Below are positions 1 to 22,922 of a stretch of DNA of 64,000 nt, one piece after another. Positions within the stretch are counted from its first letter, which is position 1, and every line of letters starts with the position of its first letter. The notes beneath the pieces were generated by a model. That model saw nothing but the letters and a program-made list of their open reading frames with translations. It was not told where the DNA came from and searched no databases. Where the stretch lies: the NCBI GenBank assembly GCA_965112735.1, contig OZ218960.1:1178001-1242000 (forward strand), written 5' to 3'. A program made the translations under genes and the position numbers. This DNA is from Phaeosaccion multiseriatum. Lineage: Eukaryota; Protista; Ochrophyta, other classes.

Positions 1-1936
1 ACGGTAATCACGTGATTCAAAAGTGCATCGAAGTGGTGAGCACCACGGCCAAGACGGAGGGGCCGTATCTCCACTCGCACATACAGGTACGGGTGTTGGT
101 GATTCAGGGGATGCAGGGCTGGGCTGGGGTGGGATGGGTAGAGGTGGGTACTGTTACTGTTTATTGCTGCTCCTCTCCCTCGCCTCCTCTCTCTCTCTCA
201 CCTGCTCCCTCCCTCCTTCCCCCTCCCTCCCTCCTACCACTACCATTGACCGACCCTAACCACAACCACCCCGCACCCACACGACAACCACAACCACAAC
301 CAAAACCAAAACCAAAACCACACCGTATCCACAACCGCAACCAAAACCACACCATAACCACACCATAACCACACCATCAGTTCATCATCGACGCCTTTGT
401 GCACCAAGTGGAGAAGCTGTCGATGCACGCGTATGGGTGCCGCGTCATTCAGCGTATCCTGGAGCACTGCATTGACGAGCAGAAAGACTGCCTGCTCGAC
501 GAGGTTAAGGCCTCCTTTGGGACGCTCATTCAAGATCAGTATGGGAATTATGTCATTCAGCATGTGCTCAAGCATGGACGGCCGTCGGATAGGTGAGAGG
601 GAGGGGAAGGGAGGGGAGGGGAGAAAGGGAGAGAGAGGGGAGGGATAGGGAGGGATGGAGGGAGAGAGGGGGACGGAGGGAGAGAGGGGGACGGAGGGAG
701 AGGGAGGGATGGAGGGAGAGAGGGGGACGGAGGGAGAGAGGGGGACGGAGGGAGAGAGGGGGACGGAGGGAGAGGGAGGGATGGAGGGAGAGGGGGGGAC
801 GGAGGGAGAGGGAGGGAGGGAGGGGGGGGGGGACGAACGGAGGGAGGGAGGGAGGGAGGGAGGGAGGGAGAGCCTTCTGCGCACCCGCAAGCGTGTCTCT
901 CTTCCCTCTGCCCTCTGCTCTGCCCACATGCCTGTGCTCTGCCTGTCTGCCCGTGTACAAACATATACATATACCCATACACCTCCAACATGTGCTGGCC
1001 TGCCTCTTGTGTACTCACCCTCCTTGCTCACTCACAGACTGATGCTCATGACGGAGGTGCGCGAGAACCTCTTGTCGTACTCGCAGCACAAGTTCGCCAG
1101 CAACGTGGTGGAGAAGTGCTTGCAGTACGGCACCAGGGAGGAGCGCGGCGTGCTCATCAAACACCTGCTCTTTAGCAACAACGACGGAAACTCTCTCCTG
1201 CAGGTACGTACAGTATACTGATGTGTGTACTGGCGCCATGCTGTTGTCCTGCAGTTGTCCTGCCGTTGTCCTGGTGTGTCTACGTACTGATATATGTGCT
1301 GGTGTAGTGTTGGGTCCCATTCAGCTCGAGCTGACACACACACACACACACACACTTGCACAAGTCTACAACTCTCTCTCTCGCTCTTGCCCTCTGAACC
1401 CTTAACCCTTAACCCCCATCAACTGCCATCCTCCTCTCCCCAGGTCATGGTGTGCGACCCTTACGCCAACTATGTGGTGCAGAAGATCATCGATGTGGCT
1501 GACGCAGAGCAGGTCAGTCAGTCAGTCAGTCAGTCAATCAGTCAGTGAGTCAGTCAGTCAATCAATCGGTCAGGCGGGAAGGCAGCAATACACGCTGGGG
1601 TGGACCATACTGAAGTAGCAGGGGTTGCTGCTGCAATGTCGTGCCCCTGCACTGCACTGCACCTTTTTCATGCTCTTCCTTTTCTCTTCCTCTTCTTTGT
1701 TGGTCTCCGTCTCTTACGCTTCTTTATCTCTTATTAACGCCCTCCCTCTTCCTCCTCTACTTGCGTTCTTTTTCTTTCTTCCATCGATCACCCGCTCGCC
1801 CACCCGCCTGCCTGCCTGCCTGCAGAGAGACACCATCATTGAAGAAATCCGCACCCACGCGCATCAACTCAAGCGTTACACCTTTGGAAAGCACATCATC
1901 TCCCGTCTTGAGAAGATCTCTGGCAAGAAGGTGTAA
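1..1936 (+). CDS. PUM: Pumilio/PUF RNA-binding protein, 3' part (5' end outside window); exons ~1-86, 381-592, 1038-1203, 1444-1512, 1826-1936
   Basis: Spliced translation gives consecutive PUF repeats: [72 protein letters not shown]. All joins are GT-AG and in phase. Confidence 0.96.
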
Positions 1937-3444
1937 GGAGAGGAGAGAGAACCAAGGAGTGGAGGAGTGAGTGAGTGCATTGCGATAGAGCGTCCGGCGT
2001 CCGTCCAGCGGGGGGGCTCAAGGGCAGTGGATGGCAGTGGATGGTGGTGGGTACCTGGTTATGTGCTCCTTTGGAGGCCTTTGGAGAGGGACGAGGTCGG
2101 GCGATGGGAGGGAGGGACAGGGAAGGGGGGCGGGGCAGCAGGGAGGAGGAGGAGGAGGAGGAGGAGGAGGAGGAGGGATGGAGCGAGGGAGGGGATGGGG
2201 AGGGGATGGGGAGGGGATGAGAGGGGATGGGAGAGGGGGGGTTGGCGCAAGGCCGGCGGGGGACCACACGCTTGCATACGGTATGCACTTCGCTTGCGTG
2301 TCGTTTTATTGGTTCTGGTGGAACACTGACCCAGAAAGACAATCACACCGAGAGAGGCCGGAAGGAGATGGGAGTGAGAGAAGGGAGGGGAAGGGACGGG
2401 AGGGGAAGGGAAGGGAAGGGAAGGGAGGGGAGAGGAGGGAAGTACTGAGGCATGGATGGGGGAGGTGTACGAAGGGGAAGTGGAATGGCACACTTGGGTG
2501 CTGTACGGGACGGTTGCTTCGTTTCCGTGTTGTTCAGCAGTTGGTGATACAGCAGCCACTTCCTTGCTTCAGTCTCCCCGTTTAAAAGGGGTGGGGTGGG
2601 GGGGAGGGGGGGTGGTTTTGAGTATCAAATGAGAGAGGAGCTTGTGGGAGGGGGGGGGGGCGGCGGCCACACAGGAAGGAAGGGACAGGGAAGAAGAAGA
2701 AACAGCAAGAAGAGGAGGAGGAGGACTACCCTTGAGAAGAAGAAGAAGAAGAAGAAGAAGAAGAAGAAGAAGAAGAAGAAGAAGAAGAAGAAGAAGAAGA
2801 AGAGGAGGAAGAGATGGGGTGCCTGTTGACACGGGAGGAGGACTGCGTTGATTGATGATATGCTGGGCGGTGGTCGCCAAGAGTGAGTAGTCGGCGGAGG
2901 GGAGGGAGGGACGGAGGGGGGCGGGGGGCGGGGCTGCAGCTCTGTTCATACGGAATGAATGGGACGGACGGTACAGTACGGTACGGTACAATATGGTGTA
3001 AAGGGAGAATATGTAATGTGTAGGGTATAGGATTTACAGGCAGCAGCAGCGGCGGACATGACGCGGGAAGGAGGGAGGGAGGGAGGGAGGGAGGGCCGGG
3101 GTATGAGGCAACTCGTTTGTGTCACCCCCCCCCCCCCCTTGTTCTGTCCTCCTCCCTTTTCTCTTTCTTTTTCCCATCGATTTGGCTCATTGCTACTGGT
3201 AGTCACTGGTATTCGGCGTTTGGGTTTTGTTCCGCGGCTTCTGGGGGGGACGGGACAGGACGCAAGTCCTTTTATTTTCATCGGGAGCGTAAGAGGGAGA
3301 GAGGGAGAAAGAGAGAGACGAAAAGAGGACGTGTTCGAAGCCGCGGTTCGGAAGACAGAAGAGAAAAAATACATAGCAGTATCGTACACAAGTTAAGATT
3401 AAGTAAGGGCTCACACAAATAACAAAACACAAGAGTTTCTCAAT

Positions 3445-7558
<4,114 letters not shown>

Positions 7559-7942
7559 GGCGGACCCTGTTGGTAGCCCCGGGGCTGCCTTGTGAGAGTG
7601 GGAAACCCGAGAGGAACTGGCATTGTAGGCCGGCCCTTGATTGGAAGTGAGCGGCATTTTACTCTTCCCCTTCCACAACCCCCTTACGACTACCCTCCAG
7701 CGAGACCGAGTCACGCCGGGGAAAGAGCCGCTAGTGCAGAAATTCGTCCAACCTCACCACCAGCCTCCGTGACCTTCGTGGCTTCTGGTCTGCGCCAAAA
7801 CAAGCAGCATACGCGGTTACAAAATTGCAAAATTGCGCCTGTCACAACTGGCCTTCCTTTGGACACTCGAATCCACGCGAGATTGGAAGAGAGACGGAAC
7901 CAAAAAAAAACAAAAACCCTGAGTATAAGCATCTGAGCCGCA

Positions 7943-10900
7943 ATGGTCGAAGGAAGCAGTCCTGCTGGAGCAAGGGCAGAAGCTGGAAACATGTTTGCCT
8001 ACTTGGGGATAGAGGATGGCGTCCAGGAGGGCGGCCAGGCAGGGAAGGAGGCACAGGACCAAGGGATGGAGGAGCAGCGGCCGCCCCAAGCGCAGCAGCA
8101 GCAGAAAGGCAAGAGAAAGAAGCTGGGCAAGAAGGCGAAGAACGGGTCCATCGACACCCGGGAACTCCTGGACGATTGCAGACAAGCGGGTATTGACGTC
8201 AAGCCCTCCCTAAGGCCTTGCAGAAAGCAGGGTGGTGTGGTGGATAGCAGTGGAAACATGATGTCTGTAGCCAACAAGGAGGTGAGCACTGGTCGAAAGA
8301 GCGTAAGGCGGGGTCTTTGCTGCTGCCTCCCTGGCTCTGCGTGTGATCAGCGCTGCTGCTAGAGCCAGAGTTGGCTCTCGGCCCGCAGCGAAGTGCCATT
8401 TGCCCCTCCTTGGCCACCCATCTTTCCCGTCCCATTGCCCTCCTTACACCTTTCGTTGCTGTGATCGCTCCCTCCTCCCCCTTGCCCTCCCCCGGGCTCC
8501 GCTCGAGGCACAGGTTCGCACACTTCTCAGGCACGCACTGGCCCCCGAAACGTTTCCCCCGGCCCGCTTCTGTGCCATTGGCAACGCCGTGACTGTGCAG
8601 GCGGTGGTGTTGGCCGTTGTACACGGGGTTCCCCCCCCCCCGCCTCGGTGCAAGACAGGGGGGCAAGGGAGTGCGATGGTGGTCGGGGAGGAGGAGGGTG
8701 GTGGCGGGGGCACCCGAGGCAGCACGGGGCAGCGTGTGTTGCGGAGAGACTCCCTAGACTGCTTCAGCGGGGCATTTAAGGAGAGCTTTGCAATAGCCAC
8801 GGTATGTGAGGGAGGAGCGGAGGGGGTGGAGAGAGGGCATTGGGTCAAAGGCGAAGGGAGGGGAGCGCATGAGAACCAACCGCTTGCCCCCCAAGATGCC
8901 CGACTAGGGAGTAACTCCGTCGTCCCGACCGACGCTCAGTCTCACTCTCCCACCACCCCCACCCGACGTTTTTGGAGCCGGAGGACTCCGTCCATATAAT
9001 GCACACCTCGACCTCCTCCGAAGATACACACTCACTCGCCCGGGCCCTAATTGGTTCTGACTCACCCATTGCATCGACGAACATTCCACGGAACATTCTC
9101 TCGTATTGTGTGGTGTATGGCATCTCTTTTGTTTGTTCCGAGCTGTCTCTAAATGGCGGTTTTGCAACTCTCCCTCCCCTGCCGCTCCCCTTTGCCTACG
9201 ACGTGCGTCTCTCCCCTTTCGGTCTTCCCCCCTTGCCCCTCCCTCCCTCCCCTTTGCCGCTCCGCCCTTGACCACCCACACAGCGGGTGCGGTTCTTCGA
9301 AGACGGCGTGAAGGGCGCTAAGACAGCACTGGAGGCCCTACTCTTCGCACCCATCGGAGAGGAGAAGCCAAAGGTGTGGCCAGCGGACTGAAACTGAGCC
9401 TGAGCCCGAGTCTCTCCTCCTCCTTCCACCCACCCCACCCGCCCTCGTGCTTTCCCCTCCCTCGACCCTCGACCCCCTCAACTCCCAGCGCCCTTCTCCG
9501 CCCTTCGCGCGCTTCACGCCTTTGTGCCCTTTGTCCTTCCACCCTCTTTCTTCGCTTGTTTCTTTTCCCTCGCCCCACACCCTTGGCTGTCACTCACTCA
9601 CTCGTCGCCCCTCTCCCATATACCTGCATATGCACCGGTCCCTTCCTTCTGAAGAGGTACGCTTGACACCCCTCTCGTTCTTCCTTCCTCTCTCCCTGCA
9701 CAGGAGCAGAGGACCAAGGGAAGGAAGAGAACGAGGGGCGAGGGGGGCAACGATAGCGACGATGACATCGACAACTCCTTGCCGTCGGCCGGCCACTACA
9801 TCCTCACGCTGCAGGAGCTCAAAGAGAACGGCTTTCCTTTGCCTCGATTACACAGCCACCGCCACAGTCACAGCGAGGGAAATGGGGAGGGAGAGAACCA
9901 CACGAAGGAGGAGGATGGGGGGGGGGGAGGAGGAGGAGATGCAGTTGTAGAGGCGGCAGCAGAGGGAGACACCGGCTCGGCGGGGGAGGAGGACGCAGAC
10001 GAAGAAGTAATGCCACCAGCCCTCATTCCATCCCCTTCTCTGGCGGTGGCACTGGACAGTATCGTGTCCCAAGCAGCTGCTGCGCCCAACGGAGACGAGG
10101 CGGGGGCAGAGGCAGAGGCAGGAGGAGGAGGAGGAGGAGCTTCGCAGGAGCAGAACGGCGGTAGGGGCGGAGTGTCGCCACTTGTGCCTTCCTTGCAAGA
10201 AGCGACGGCGGTGCTCTCCCTCATGGAGGAGGTGGTCGGCACCGAGACGCCTGGCTACTTTCGCACCCTGCAACGAACGCAGCCACAGCCACAGCAGTTG
10301 GCCCCCTCAGAAGCACCCGTACTTTCGCCCGCGACGGCGGCAACCGCAACAGCGACGGGCGCCCCTGCCCCCCCTGCTCCTGCTCCTCCTGCTCCTCCTC
10401 CTCCTCCTGCTGCTGCTGCTTCTCCGCCTCTCACTCAGCGTTTGCTCGCTATGGACTGCGAGATGGTGATGACGGCGAAGGGGCTGCAGCTGGCCAGGGT
10501 CACGGTGGTGAGTGGCGCAGACAGGAGCGTGTTGCTTGACGAGTTGGTGGTACCCTGCAGCCCCATCACAGATTACCTCACCAACTACAGCGGCATCACG
10601 GCGCAGCTGCTGGCCCCGGTCACCACCTCTCTGCGCCAGATTCAGGTGGCCCTCTTGCGCCTCATCAAGGTATAGTGTGATGAGGTGTCCTTGGCGTGTC
10701 ATTGGCGTGGGCTTGGGCTGTCGTTGGGCTGTCGTTGGGCTGTGGCTGGCGTGTGGTTAGGATGTGGTTAGGGGGTGGCTGGCGTGTGGTTAGGATGTGG
10801 TTAGGGGGTGGCTGGCGTGTGGTTAGGATGTGGTTAGGGGGTGGCTGGCGTGTGGTTAGGATGTGGTTAGGGGGTGGCTGGCGTGTGGTGAGGATGTGGT

Positions 10901-12933
10901 TAGGGGGTGGCTGGCGTGTGGTTAGGATGTGGTTAGGGGGTGGCTGGCGTGTGGTTAGGATGTGGTTAGGGGGTGGCTGGCGTGTGGTTAGGATGTGGTT
11001 AGGGGGTGGCTGGCGTGTGGTTAGGATGTGGTTAGGGGGTGGCTGGCGTGTGGTTAGGATGTGGTTAGGGGGGGCTGGCGTGTGGTTAGGATGTGGTTAG
11101 GGGGTGGCTGGCGTGTGGTTAGGATGTGGTTAGGAGTGTGGTAAGGTGGTGTGTGCTCTCTGACTCACTCCCGCTTGCTCTCTCTCTCTCTTTCGCGACA
11201 GGAGGATGACATTTTAATTGGCCATTCTCTGGAGAATGACCTTCACTGCTTGAAGATATGCCATTTGCGGTGCATCGACACCAGCGTACTCTTCCCACAC
11301 ACGAAGGTAGGGAGGAGGAGGAGGAGGAGGAGGAGGATGATGAGGAGGAGGAGGAGAAGGAGGAGAAGGAGGAGGAGCAGGAGCAGGAGGAGAAGGAGGA
11401 GGGAGAGGAGGAGGGGGAGGAGGAGGAGGAGGAGGAGGAGGAGGAGGAGGAGGAGGAGGAGGAGGACGACTATAGGGTGGGAGGGTGGATGGTCGACAAG
11501 ACCATGCATGGCGTGTTCTGTGGTCGACAAGACTATTCATAGCGTGTTCTATGGTCGACAAGACTATTCATAGCGTGTTCTCAAATCACCACCTCCTTGC
11601 CCCCCATTCTGCACTCCTTTCTGATCCCCCCGCCCCCCTTTGCCCTGTCGTCCTTTACCGTCCTGTCTTTGGCCTTTGGGCCTTCTCATGTCCTCTGTCT
11701 CCCCTCCTCCTCCTCCTCCTCCTCGTCCTCCTCCTCCTCCTTCTCCTCCTGCTCCTCCTGCTCCTCTTCCTTCTTCTCCTTCTCCTCCTCCTCCTCCTCC
11801 TCCTCCTCCTCCCCCTCCTCCTCCTTTTCCTTCTCCCCCTCCTCCTCCTCCTCCTCCTCCTCCTCTTCCTTCTCCTCCTCCTCTTCCTCCTCCTCCTCCT
11901 CCTCCTGCTCCTCCTCCTCCTGCTCCTCCTCCTCCCCCTCCTCCTCCTCCTCCTCCTCCTCCTCCCCCTCCTCCTCCTCCTCCTCCCCCTCCTCCTCCTC
12001 CTCCTCCTCCTCCTCCTTCCTCAGGCCGGCTACAAGTCGTCACTGCGCTTCTTGTCTCGACTCCACATGCGCCGCGACATTCAGGCCTCGAGCGAGGGGC
12101 ACAGCAGCGTTGAGGATGCGTTGGCAGCCCTCGACCTCGTCACGCTCAAGGTGAGGGAATGGGAGGTTAGGGGATGAGGGCGGGGACAAGGGACGTGGTG
12201 GGCAAGGGAGGAGAGGGAGAGAGAGGAGAGGGAGAACAGTAGGGGAGAGGGAGAGGGAGAGAGAGGAGAGGGAGGAAAGTAGAGGAGATGGAGAGGGCGA
12301 GAGAGGAGAGGGAGGAAAGGAGAGGAGAGGGAGACGGAGAGGGAGGAGAGGGGAGAGAGAGAGGGAGAGGGGAGGGAGAGGGAGGGAAAAAAGGAGAGGG
12401 AGATGCAGAGAGAGAGGAAGGGAGTGGAGACTACGAGAGAGGTAGAGAAAGACCCGAAGAGAAGAAAAAGAAAGGGGGAGGAGGTAGAAACCCTACCCGC
12501 TACGCTAGCGGGGGCTTGGGCTCCAGGGATGTATGGTTTCAGTTTCAGTCTCAATGCGGCTGAGAAAGGAGCGTGTTTGAACGTCTCTACATCTGCTCTC
12601 TCTCCCCCTCCCTCTCCTTGTCTCTCTCTCTCTCTGCATGTGATGTATGCGTGTGGATGCGTGTCTATGTGTGTGCGTGTGTAGATTCAAAAGGGCCCTG
12701 ACTTCGGCACGGAGCGCACGAAGCGGAGCTTATTCGAAGGGCTCTGCAAGGCGGGGCTGCAGTGCTGCATGGTCGGGAGCACCGAGACGTGTACGGCCTA
12801 CGGGACTGTCTCCTCCACTAGCGCCGTCATCGTGGGTAAGGGCAGGGGCAAGAGCAAGGGCAATGGCACAAGCAACGCCAAGGAGGGTGGTAATAAGACC
12901 AACGGGGCGGATGTGAGAGCAGGGGTCGGAACC

Positions 12934-12965
<32 letters not shown>

Positions 12966-14068
12966 GCCTGCCATCGTCGCGGCAGGTAAATCGGCCCGGA
13001 TGTGCGTGGAGAAGGGAGGCGGCCTGGTGTGTGTGGCTTGGGAGTACCAAGCGGGTACTGTTGGTGAAAGCAGTGGTAGCGGGAGGGGAAGGGCCTCGTC
13101 GGGCGGGGAAGGAGGGGAAGGAGGGGAAGGAGGGGGAGGAGGAGGAAGAAGTGAGCAAGGCGAGGAGAGCAGCGGTGGCGACGCGCGCGGAGGAGCGGAC
13201 TTGGGAGTAGGCTTAGGAGGGACAGAAGGGTCGCCGGTGGTGCCGATGGAGCTGGAGGGCTTAGCGGACTCCGCTCCGGGATACTCGAGTCTTGAGGCGG
13301 ACATTGGGCGGTTGAGGGCAGAGCTTCCTCCGCAGACTCTCCTTCTCGTGCTCACTCAGACGGATGTGGATGAGGTGAAGCGCCTTGCCTCGCAGAAGGA
13401 GGCTTGCCGAGACGCCAGGTGAGATATGAGATGTTTATGTTACACCCTTAAGTGCCATCTATTACACCCTTAAGTGCCATCTTTACCCCCTTAAGTGCCA
13501 TCTATGGGTGAGGGGAAGGGCGATGCTCTGTGTGTCAGACTTGGGCTTGGCTGTGAGTAGGTGGTGATACAGCAGTAGTAACAGGAGTAGGAGGAATTCG
13601 GGGAGAAAAGGAGGAGGATGGCAGTGGATGGAGAACGAGGAGGAGAAGAGAGGAGGAGGAGCTGAAAACGAGTAGCGGTAGCAGAAAGAGGAGGAGACAA
13701 TGGTACGGCCGGGGTGGGGGGAGTGGGCGGCCGTGCCGATGAAGAAGTGGAGCTCCGCACGAGTGTTGGTCTTGGCTTTGAAGCATTGTCACTTCGACCC
13801 TCCACCCCTGGGTCATACAGAGAGACAAAGAAGTCCACTACGGCTTGCTTCCTTTCTCCATCTCTCATCTCTCCTCTCCTCTCTCCTCTCTTTGGTCCAC
13901 CCCCCCTTCCCTTCCCCTCGGGTGGCCTCTCCTCCCTTCTCTCGCTCGCTACGCCGCACCCCCCACAGGACTGCGAGCGTATGGACAGAGGCGCAGGAGT
14001 GTCGCCTCGATGGCATCGCCTCCCTGGCCAAGAACGGCACGGTTCTTGTGTCGCTCGTGACCTCTTGA
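7943..14068 (+). CDS. RNA exonuclease of the REX1/REXO5/SDN DEDDh family; exons ~7943(or 7991)-8280, 8514-8801, 9284-9373, 9703-10669, 11202-11306, 12025-12150, 12685-13418, 13970-14068
   Basis: Motifs [14 protein letters not shown], Exo[18 protein letters not shown], Exo[22 protein letters not shown], Exo[17 protein letters not shown]. Confidence 0.92.
10741..11134 (+). repeat. 33-bp intronic minisatellite GGTGGCTGGCGTGTGGTTAGGATGTGGTTAGGG, about 12 copies
   Basis: Directly visible near-perfect tandem array; each unit contains TTAGGG and TTAGGA. Confidence 0.95.
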
Positions 14069-14864
14069 CTAAACAAGGCGGGAAGGGAACAAAACAAGGG
14101 CTGCCTGCTTGCCTTCAACAAGGACAGCTGTCGGTCGGTCGGTCGGTCGGTCGGTCAAAGAAGAGATGCGATACGCAAGATCACAAGAGAGGGCCACTAA
14201 GAATGAAGCGGAAATAAATAACGACTTTGTCGAAGCTGCTTCTTCTCCCTCGACGCGTGGGTGGTGTTAAGGGATGAAGCCTTGGCAGCGTGTATGAGCG
14301 ACGGCAAGCGCCGAAGTAGACGGAAGGTTGAGAAAGGATTGAGAGAGGTTCACCCACACCAAGCGCGAGTACACAGATCCAAACACAAGGAGGAAGAAGC
14401 AGAAGAAAAACATGGTTCCGATTTGTCCGATGACGGCATGCGTGTGAGAGGACAGATGGCCCCACTGCCTGGGGCAGGGCTTTTGGGACATGCCAAGGCC
14501 AGGGCACGCCTGCTGGCTGTGGAGAAGAACTGAAAAGCCAGACACATTTCATTTCATTTCCTTTCTCTTTCTGAGTATACTCTTGTAGCTATAGATCAGC
14601 TATAGACGAAGGAAGAGATGAGAAACTCATGCCATTGTCATCGTCGACCTCCCACCAAACCCACCAAGACTGGGCCGAAGCCACGCCCTCCGACAGTGTC
14701 CCTCCCGCTCACACATCCACCAGGCCAGGACTGCCAGGACGAGCAGTGAGGCTACTTAGTTGACTACAGTTGTACGCGGTTTACAGTGTCGACCCCGGAC
14801 AGGATCGTAAGCTTTTGATTGATTGCATTGTCTGAAATAAAAAACAATTAATGCACGAGTAATA

Positions 14865-14925
14865 AGAGTAATCCCTGAACTACGCCAATCGCCCCTTAGG
14901 TGTCTGGTAGGTCAGGGATTACTCT
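14865..14925. other. Inverted repeat/hairpin, 18 of 19 bp paired, downstream of the ERCC6L stop codon
   Basis: AGAGTAATCCCTGA(A)CTAC ... GTAG(G)TCAGGGATTACTCT. Confidence 0.75.
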
Positions 14926-14966
14926 CAAGGTGGAAAGCGATGTAAGTCCTCCTCGTCCTCCTCCTC

Positions 14967-22644
<7,678 letters not shown>

Positions 22645-22922
22645 CACGCGCACAGCCCGACGAAAAGCCTGGAGGACGGAGGAGGAAAAATGCTCAACGA
22701 GATTTAGGCATATGGGCTGCAGTTTGAGTTTCACCTCCCCCCCCCCTACGATCGTACTTCATCTTTGGTCATCCTATGACCAAGAAGGAGGAGGAATAAA
22801 AGAAAATGACAAGGAAATAACTTTTTTGTTTGCAAAGGACAGCTCCTTCTCTTCGCGGGCATCGGTCTCGCGCCTGTCTTGTGCTGCTCTGCCTGCATTG
22901 GAGATCCTAGTGGAGCGGCAGG

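Noticed and set aside
10741-11134. Regular repeat array as a CRISPR
   Set aside because: Tandem units have no unique spacers, the array is in a eukaryotic intron, and there are no cas genes.
14181-14552. Short ORFs on both strands between convergent genes
   Set aside because: No motif or splice support.
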